A stretch of DNA of 7,762 bases. Origin: Candidatus Nanohalobium sp. (GTDB lineage: Archaea; Nanohalarchaeota; Nanosalinia; Nanosalinales; Nanosalinaceae). The notes beneath the pieces were generated by a model. It worked only from the letters and a program-made list of their open reading frames with translations, searched no databases and was not told where the DNA came from. The position numbers and the translations under genes are program-made. Of the stretch, positions 4,630 through 7,762 are shown in pieces (the stretch's first letter is position 1; each line of letters opens with the position of its first letter). The stretch is taken from assembly GCA_042216335.1 (NCBI GenBank), contig JBDGTY010000045.1, positions 1-7,762 of the forward strand, read 5' to 3'.

Positions 4630-6303
4630 TCACTGGTGGGCGAAGAAGAACACTCCTTCCGAATCACATCGGGCGAAACCGAACCGCTCGAACTGCACGA
4701 CTTCTCCAATTTCTATATCGTTCGGCTCTATGCGGCCCTCAACAGTGCCTCCATCCGGCATCCTGACTTCGGCAGTCTCCGCGTATTTTGGTGCCCAGTG
4801 AATGAAGTCCACATCATTCTCCAGCGCATCTTTGTGGTCGCCTTCGCGGAACTCTGCCTCTCCACCCTCAATTTCTACGTTGCAGAGGCCTTTCAACCGG
4901 TAGAAGCCATCATTAAAGTCACTGGCATCGATGAAAACCTCCAGTTCTCCGTCCTCAATCTCTAGTTCCGGCGACCTGATGCCTCTCTCCGGGTGCTCTG
5001 GATGGACCTCCATCTCGGCCTTCAGATCTTCAGGAACTCCAGTAACCTTCAGCTTCTCCGGTTCTCCCACGAAGAAATACCTGTCTGCTTCGTCGTCGAT
5101 CACGCGCGTGTTCTCCTTCTCCAAACTTTCGATACTGGCGTCCACATCGTTCTCCGTCACGCCCATCTCAACGAAGAACTCTCTGATGGCCTCCGGCTGG
5201 AAGCCACGCCTCTTCAAAGCTCTGAGCGTCGGTGCTCGTGGGTCATTCCAGCCCTCAAGCTCCCCACTTTCTATCATATTTGAAAGCTCTGAGCCGGACA
5301 CAGGAGCGTTGAAACCGGAGATTTTAACATTGCCCCAGTGCCTCACATTTGGGTACTCCCAGTCAAAGTAGTCGTAGATGAACTTCTGGCGTTCCTTTGA
5401 TGCTCGAAGGTCTTTCCCGCGGAAGATGTGTGTCGTACCCATCATATGGTCTTCGACGGCGCCCTGGAAGTCAAGCATCGGCCAGACACGGTACTCATCA
5501 CCAGTGATAGGGTGGTCAGGCTCTTCGATAATCCTGAAGGCCACGAAGTCTCTGACAGCAGGATTCTTGTGCTGCATATCTGTCTTTATCTTCAGCACGG
5601 CCTCGCCTTCGGCTAAACCGCCATTCTTCATCTCTTTCCACATCTCCATATTTTCTTCGGCACTCTGGTCTCTGTGAGGACACGCTTCTCCCTCTTTCCG
5701 GTATTTCTGGCCTTCCTCCTGCGAACACTTACAGACGTAGGCTTTATTCGTCTCGATAAGCTCTTCAGCGAATTCTATGTACTTGTCAAAGTTCTTGGAA
5801 CTGTACCGCACCTCATCAATTTCATAGCCCAGCCACTCGTAGTCTTCTTTAAGCATCTCGTACGCATCATATTCGTCGTTCTTCAGCGGCCTCTTCGTCA
5901 CCGGATCGGTGTCGTCGTATCTCAGTATCAGTTTTCCGACGTACTTCTGCTTCAATTCGCCGTTGATAATCATTCCACGGGCGTGTCCGACGTGTGGAGG
6001 CCCATTAGGATTCGGAGCGAACCTGAGAACCACTTCCTCATCATCTTCCACATCAAGGTCTGGGATAGGGTCGTGTTCATTTTCTTCTTCCTCGAACTCG
6101 AAGCTTTCCAGCTCCTCCTGCTGTTCCTCCTGACTCATCGCATTGACTTCGCCGCAGACCTTTCCAGCTACTTCCTGAACTTCTTCCGGGTCGAAGTCTT
6201 CTTCACTCATTATCTTGCCGATGACTGCGCCAGGGTTGCATTCGCCTCCGTACTCCGAGGCATTCTTCAAAGCATATTTTCTTGCGAGCTCTTCAAGTTC
6301 CAT
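4630..6303 (-). CDS. gltX: Archaeal-type glutamate--tRNA ligase, 557 aa
   Basis: RFAPNPNGPPHVGH (HIGH motif), LRYDDTDP, Cys/His cluster CKC...CPHR, YRVWPMLDF, THIFRGKD, GWNDPRAPTLRALKRRG, C-terminal VQFERFGF, and the archaeal N-terminal domain (ALKNA..Y.G...PGAVIGKIM). Confidence 0.98.
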   Translation of the reverse strand: MELEELARKYALKNASEYGGECNPGAVIGKIMSEEDFDPEEVQEVAGKVCGEVNAMSQEEQQEELESFEFEEEENEHDPIPDLDVEDDEEVVLRFAPNPNGPPHVGHARGMIINGELKQKYVGKLILRYDDTDPVTKRPLKNDEYDAYEMLKEDYEWLGYEIDEVRYSSKNFDKYIEFAEELIETNKAYVCKCSQEEGQKYRKEGEACPHRDQSAEENMEMWKEMKNGGLAEGEAVLKIKTDMQHKNPAVRDFVAFRIIEEPDHPITGDEYRVWPMLDFQGAVEDHMMGTTHIFRGKDLRASKERQKFIYDYFDWEYPNVRHWGNVKISGFNAPVSGSELSNMIESGELEGWNDPRAPTLRALKRRGFQPEAIREFFVEMGVTENDVDASIESLEKENTRVIDDEADRYFFVGEPEKLKVTGVPEDLKAEMEVHPEHPERGIRSPELEIEDGELEVFIDASDFNDGFYRLKGLCNVEIEGGEAEFREGDHKDALENDVDFIHWAPKYAETAEVRMPDGGTVEGRIEPNDIEIGEVVQFERFGFARCDSEGVFFFAHQ

Positions 6304-6327
6304 ATAAAGAACTGGTCAGAAAAACTG

Positions 6328-6333
6328 TTTAAA
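6328..6333 (-). promoter_or_regulatory. TATA box for gltX (leaderless or near-leaderless transcript)
   Basis: TTTAAA 25-30 nt upstream of ATG 6303; no SD. Confidence 0.55.
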
Positions 6334-6337
6334 TCCC

Positions 6338-6832
6338 TTAGTCCTCCATAAGAGTCCACTTCTTCTCCACATCGGAATTATTGATGACTCGGGTGTTCCC
6401 GTCCTCAAGCTCCAGACGTGACTTCCTCAAACCCACGCTGGTCACAACCCCTTTCACTCCGTCGACCTCCACCCTGTCGCCGTTGTTGAAGTCAGGATCC
6501 TTCGCCAAGTATACTCCCGCCACAGTATCGGAAAGCACATCCTTCAATGCGAACGAAACTCCGAGGGCCACGAAACCTGCCGCCGTCCCGAGAGAAGCGG
6601 CTATCTGGCTGAACCCTAAGATGCTCAACACCACGAGGATGGCCGAGAACCACATCAGTCCTCTGGCCACGTTCTCCACGAGGTTGACTATCGTTTCCTC
6701 GGCGAATTTTCTGGAGGCTACACTCCTCACCGCTTTCGACCCCAATCTTATCCCTATGCCGGCTAAGATCAGGAAGGCAAGTGCTGAGGCGATCCGAAAG
6801 GCGGCCATCCTCACAATTTCAATGAAAACCAT
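6338..6832 (-). CDS. mscS: Short MscS-family mechanosensitive channel protein, 164 aa
   Basis: Three TM segments, a Gly/Ala-rich TM3 (SLGTAAGFVALGVSFALKDVLSDTVAG) and the beta-domain F..GDRVEVDGVKGVVTSVGLRKSRL....G....INN. Confidence 0.88.
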   Translation of the reverse strand: MVFIEIVRMAAFRIASALAFLILAGIGIRLGSKAVRSVASRKFAEETIVNLVENVARGLMWFSAILVVLSILGFSQIAASLGTAAGFVALGVSFALKDVLSDTVAGVYLAKDPDFNNGDRVEVDGVKGVVTSVGLRKSRLELEDGNTRVINNSDVEKKWTLMED

Positions 6833-6853
6833 AATTTACTATCCTTCTGACGT

Positions 6854-6860
6854 CTTAAAA
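6854..6860 (-). promoter_or_regulatory. TATA box for mscS (leaderless)
   Basis: TTTTAAG 22-28 nt upstream of ATG 6832. Confidence 0.5.
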
Positions 6861-7013
6861 TCCTAAGGGGGAAAGCCTCAAAACTCTGCCAGAACAAGAA
6901 GTAACTGGATGATATTCATCTTTATCGGCTCGGAGACTCTTTCCTTAATCCGTGTTTGACGGATTTAGGTAATGGGAGGAAGAGCCATAATGTAAGTATA
7001 AACAAACACTCTT

Positions 7014-7021
7014 TTTTAAAT
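7014..7021 (+). promoter_or_regulatory. TATA box for tnpB (leaderless)
   Basis: TTTTAAAT 21-28 nt upstream of ATG 7042. Confidence 0.5.
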
Positions 7022-7041
7022 TAAGCATACCTAATGAAGTT

Positions 7042-7762
7042 ATGAGGAGAACTGTTAAAATCAAGTTAGAAATAGAAGAACAGGAGAAGCTACAAGAAAC
7101 GATACGGCAGTTCAAACACGCCTGTAACCAAGTAGTAGAGCAAGGCTGGAACGAAGAAGGGCTAAAGACATACAATAAGAACAAGCTCCACGAAGAAACC
7201 TACCACGAAATCAGAGAAGAAACCAGTCTTCCAGCAAACCTTGTTACACAGGCAAGAGACAGAGCAAGCCAAGCCATCAAAGCCTGCGTAGAAAAACTAA
7301 AGGAAGAGGAAACAGCTTCCAAACCTGAATTTACATCAGATTCAATAAGATATGACAAAAGAACATTCTCCGTATGGCTCGAAGACAAGAAAGCAACTTT
7401 CTCCACAGTAAACGGACGAATAGAAGCAAAACTTGTTTACGATGAAGAAAAAGAATACTACCAGAAATACCTGTCAGAAGACTGGAATATAACCAGCTCC
7501 ACACTTGAAAAACACAGTTACGAAGACGGAGAACCATACTACCTACACCTTGGTGTAGAGAAAGAAACAGAAACAGAGGAAACTGAACAGCCGAGAGTAA
7601 TGGGCGTAGACCTTGGTGTAGAGAACCTTGCAGTAACTTCGACAGGTAAGTTCTGGTCAGGAAATCAGCTAAACCATCAACGCCGAAGATTCGAGCGGAT
7701 TCGTGGGAAGCTACAGGAAAAAGGCACTCGCTCCGCACACCTAACCATCCAAAGTATGGAAG
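7042..7762 (+). CDS. tnpB: TnpB RNA-guided endonuclease (IS200/IS605 family), 3'-truncated by the window edge; missing from the ORF track because there is no stop codon
   Basis: 240 open codons: MRRTVKIKLE...LPANLVTQARDRA...KPEF...RYDKRTF...STVNGRI...YYLHLGV...RVMGVDLGVENLAVTSTGKFWSG...RRRFERIRGKLQEKGTRSAH. RuvC-I Asp is intact (D190, codon 7609-7611). Confidence 0.93.
   Translation, partial: MRRTVKIKLEIEEQEKLQETIRQFKHACNQVVEQGWNEEGLKTYNKNKLHEETYHEIREETSLPANLVTQARDRASQAIKACVEKLKEEETASKPEFTSDSIRYDKRTFSVWLEDKKATFSTVNGRIEAKLVYDEEKEYYQKYLSEDWNITSSTLEKHSYEDGEPYYLHLGVEKETETEETEQPRVMGVDLGVENLAVTSTGKFWSGNQLNHQRRRFERIRGKLQEKGTRSAHLTIQSME

Larger units (their letters stand above)
6926..7762 (+). mobile_element. 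IS200/IS605-family element, IS1341-like (no tnpA between left end and tnpB), running off the window; left boundary approximate
   Basis: Imperfect hairpin CCTTAATCCGT-GTTTG-ACGGATTTAGG (6943-6969) followed by GGGAGGAAG, resembling IS605 subterminal palindromes. It is preceded by TTTAT (6921-6925) and followed by tnpB, with no Y1/HUH transposase ORF in between. Confidence 0.7.

Noticed and set aside
4613..6866. Plus-strand ORFs opposite gltX and mscS (e.g. 5674..6351, 4931..5371, 6381..6866)
   Set aside because: Antisense shadows; their Ser/Phe/Leu richness mirrors Glu/Lys codons on the coding strand.
6869..6877. GGGAAAGCC, an inverted 9-bp match to the CAT-tRNA 3' end (possible att site)
   Set aside because: Too short, in the wrong orientation, with no integrase, and it would enclose the housekeeping gene gltX.
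6861..6925. Possible remnant of a gene interrupted by the IS, and palindrome GATGA-TAT-TCATC (6908-6920)
   Set aside because: Only short uninformative frames, and 5-bp arms are expected by chance; cannot be judged without the other flank.
6945..7738. Minus-strand ORFs 6945..7184, 7200..7406 and 7331..7738
   Set aside because: Antisense to tnpB, which is the real gene here.

Overview
Archaeal window with an acidic proteome, moderate GC, leaderless TATA promoters and intron-containing tRNAs; a halophilic DPANN lineage such as Nanohaloarchaeota fits best (inference). In order: the 3' part of an ABC-2-type exporter operon (ATPase and two permeases, +); family I inorganic pyrophosphatase (-); a 100-N scaffold gap; a gap-truncated CxxC..CxxC zinc-finger microprotein (-); tRNA-Val(GAC) with a 74-nt intron and a CAT-anticodon tRNA (most like Ile2) with a 109-nt intron, separated by a 178-nt hairpin-dense spacer (+); a 43-aa CxxC..HxxC microprotein absent from the ORF track (-); a DUF6516/HVO_A0114-like putative toxin-antitoxin pair with a palindrome over its TATA box (-); gltX (-); a short MscS (-); and the left end plus 5' part of an IS200/IS605 (IS1341-type) tnpB, also absent from the ORF track (+). 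The most interesting region is the tRNA locus (3005-3512). The CAT-tRNA intron reads either as two tandem BHB introns at position 37/38 or as a circularly permuted box C/D guide aimed at its own C34. The Val intron has H/ACA-like geometry. All folds were worked out by eye and no database searches were run.
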